A stretch of 64,000 nt of DNA, from positions 77,637-141,636 of the forward strand of contig NMRA01000700.1 in NCBI GenBank assembly GCA_002633005.1, given 5' to 3'. Source of the DNA: Phoronis australis. Lineage: Eukaryota > Animalia > Phoronida. A program made the position numbers and the translations under genes. The notes below the pieces were generated by a model. That model was not told the origin of the DNA. It ran no database searches and was given only the letters and a program-made list of their open reading frames with translations. Positions 61,701 through 64,000 of the stretch are shown one piece after another (positions within the stretch are counted from its first letter, which is position 1; each line of letters begins with the position of its first letter).

Positions 61701-64000
61701 GGGTTAAAAACATAAAAAGTCAACGGTTTTAAACTGGACAATGTGTGCAATATTACGTTAAGATCTTTAGTGGTGTAGGCTCTAATAGCATGGAAAGGAT
61801 TACTGCGACATGTCAATAGCGCAGTTGCAACCGAATCGATTTAACGATTGTGCATGTTCGGAAATCAGGGTGTGCAAAGGCTTTTGGTATTGATTAACTT
61901 GTGTGGAATGGCCGATTGGTTTGCACGACCTGTGATTTGTGTGCATTAGACAACGCTGATGTATGTATTTCTGCCGCAATTTGCCCTAATAAGCGCCTAT
62001 GCCCCAACGAGTTTTCAGACTTGGCTAAAGTAAACGCCCAGCCCATGAACTACATGAAAAAAATGCCTTACCTAGAGTTCTAAAATCCTACAGTAACGTC
62101 TCCAATTTATCAATGAGCGCTACATACTTTATGCCACGATGTCGGAAAGAAGTCCCTAAATCGCCCTTTGCTTCCAGCTCTATTGATGTTTCTGACCCAT
62201 TTTTACGCAGTTCTTGATCCGTGGGAAAAAGGGTAGTAACTAAATTCTTTATCTTTATCTTGTTTACTGCATAATACGACATTAACCACAATGAAACAAT
62301 TTGCAACGCCAGAAATTTGTAACATGCACTACTGCGCATGCGCTAAATCTTGCCAGCAGCCCTCCATAAGAAATACACAAGAACAGACTATAATCAGGAA
62401 TTTATAAGTGAAGGGAGATAACTACACAGTTTGCCGATAGCCTGTCACATAGAGTGTACGTTAAGACTTGTTACTACCAAATATAAGCGTCATTGGTGAA
62501 AATTTTTCCACGTCTCTTAAAGATTGAAGTTTTCCCCATTCAGGCCTATGTGAACGATCGTCCTGAAGCCAATATTTGAGCGCATAGCTCATTTTGAAGT
62601 CAAGTTTGTGGCTGAATTCATTTTGCCATTGGATTTGCCGATAGCGTAGGTGATTACCAGGAGTACTCAGAGGTTGCTGGTCCAAATTTCATGCTGTTTT
62701 TCGAAAATTTTTCCACGTCTCTTGTGTTCAGAAAATGGATCCACGTACAGCGCTGTGAGATGAAATGTTGCCGATCACCCGGCTGTCTTGCAATGGAATT
62801 TGCACTCTAGATGAGAGATTAGCTCAGAATCGGCAAGAAACTGTTATGTTCATTTTCTCGTCCGGTACGAGTTTAGAAATACTTTCGAAGTTTGAAAAAG
62901 TCGGATTTTATACAGTTTTATGCAGGTTTTTCGCCTGTGAGATAGTTGATACTAGTTATCTTTAAAATGTTGTTTCGTTTTTTGTGATCCACAGAACGTT
63001 GTCCTTTCGTCTTAACTTAATGCTGTTACATTGGAGTGGATTCCGGACACAAATATGTATTGGCAAACATCTGAAGATTAATAAAAAGCGCTTTGACAGC
63101 CCGCTTAACTTAAGGCTGAAAGCACACGCCGGCTGGCTGGCGTTCAATTCACTTTTGTTGTGCTTATGTGTAGGCCTACAAGTTAAGATAGAGCTGTGAC
63201 CCCCAATGACCCAACTAGCACTGTCATACTGTAGACAGTGGAATTCCAGAAATTCCAAAGACTACTATTGTAAACTTGACAAGTATTGCTCTGCAGACTA
63301 TACTGATTTCAGTCGGGCTCACGGTACTAGCACCCAAGCTTACTGACCTTTAACCTTACTATGCATTGTTATGATTGGTTAGGGACATGGCGCAAAGCGT
63401 CATCTAGCGGATCAAGAATGTTACACATTTCTGACGTTGACCCATTTCCAATATGGTGGCGTTGCAACTCCGCTATACAGCTTAAAATTCAGATTGAGGA
63501 AGCACGTCAACACGACGATAATTGGTCGACTTTGAATCATAAACACTGTTTGCATCCGAAAAAGCTACGACGTGCGGTTGTAAAGACTAACTTCAGCGTA
63601 GATCTATTTGTAGTTCGCTAACCAGAGAGCCCAAGCAATGTCTTAGCAAAATAAGAATACATGAGTTTATTCATTCAAATGTAGGCCCTTAAAATAGCAG
63701 ATGAAGTTACCTTTTCGTGCCATATTGTGTCATACCTAGATCCCTGCACCAACAACATAAGGCCGAAACAGTAGTATTGAATAGGGGTGTTATTCGCAGC
63801 TGTTTGAATTAAAAGGTGATTCCCGCGATGATGTAGACAAAAGCAAGATAATATGCCTAACAGTATGTTACATTTGGCTCTTAACATATTGTTTTCACAC
63901 TGTTGACTGTTAAGCACACGTGAGGCAGTGAAGATGACTTTTTCATTCATCTAGCATAGCAATAATTGTACTAAGTGATTATTTTTAATTGGTCAGTAGT

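Overview
AT-rich, repeat-dense animal genomic DNA with spliceosomal introns. The transposon mix suggests a marine invertebrate (inference). Most ORFs in the track are noise. The real genic content is a cluster of three strongly diverged paralogous genes for small, apparently secreted proteins built only from tandem WSC (carbohydrate-binding-type, Cys-rich) domains. Each has a 39-45 nt signal-peptide mini-exon followed by one phase-1/phase-1 exon per domain: gene 1 (-, ~8.6-11.6 kb), gene 2 (+, ~27.6-37.4 kb) and gene 3 (-, ~45.2-49.2 kb, three WSC domains). The paralogs differ in informative ways: gene 1 has lost a Cys pair in frame, and gene 2 has ATGAGT where its paralogs have a GT splice donor. 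Intergenic and intronic DNA holds decayed mobile elements: two inverted Kolobok/THAP copies, Academ, Harbinger-like, hAT, LOA/R1-like, RTE and CR1-like LINEs, tRNA-derived SINE heads, MITEs, and a ~150-bp/~445-bp higher-order repeat carrying CTCF-like motifs. Three 1.5-2.2 kb direct duplications each abut a single N and are most likely haplotype/assembly overlaps. All coordinates were read by eye; repeat boundaries are approximate.
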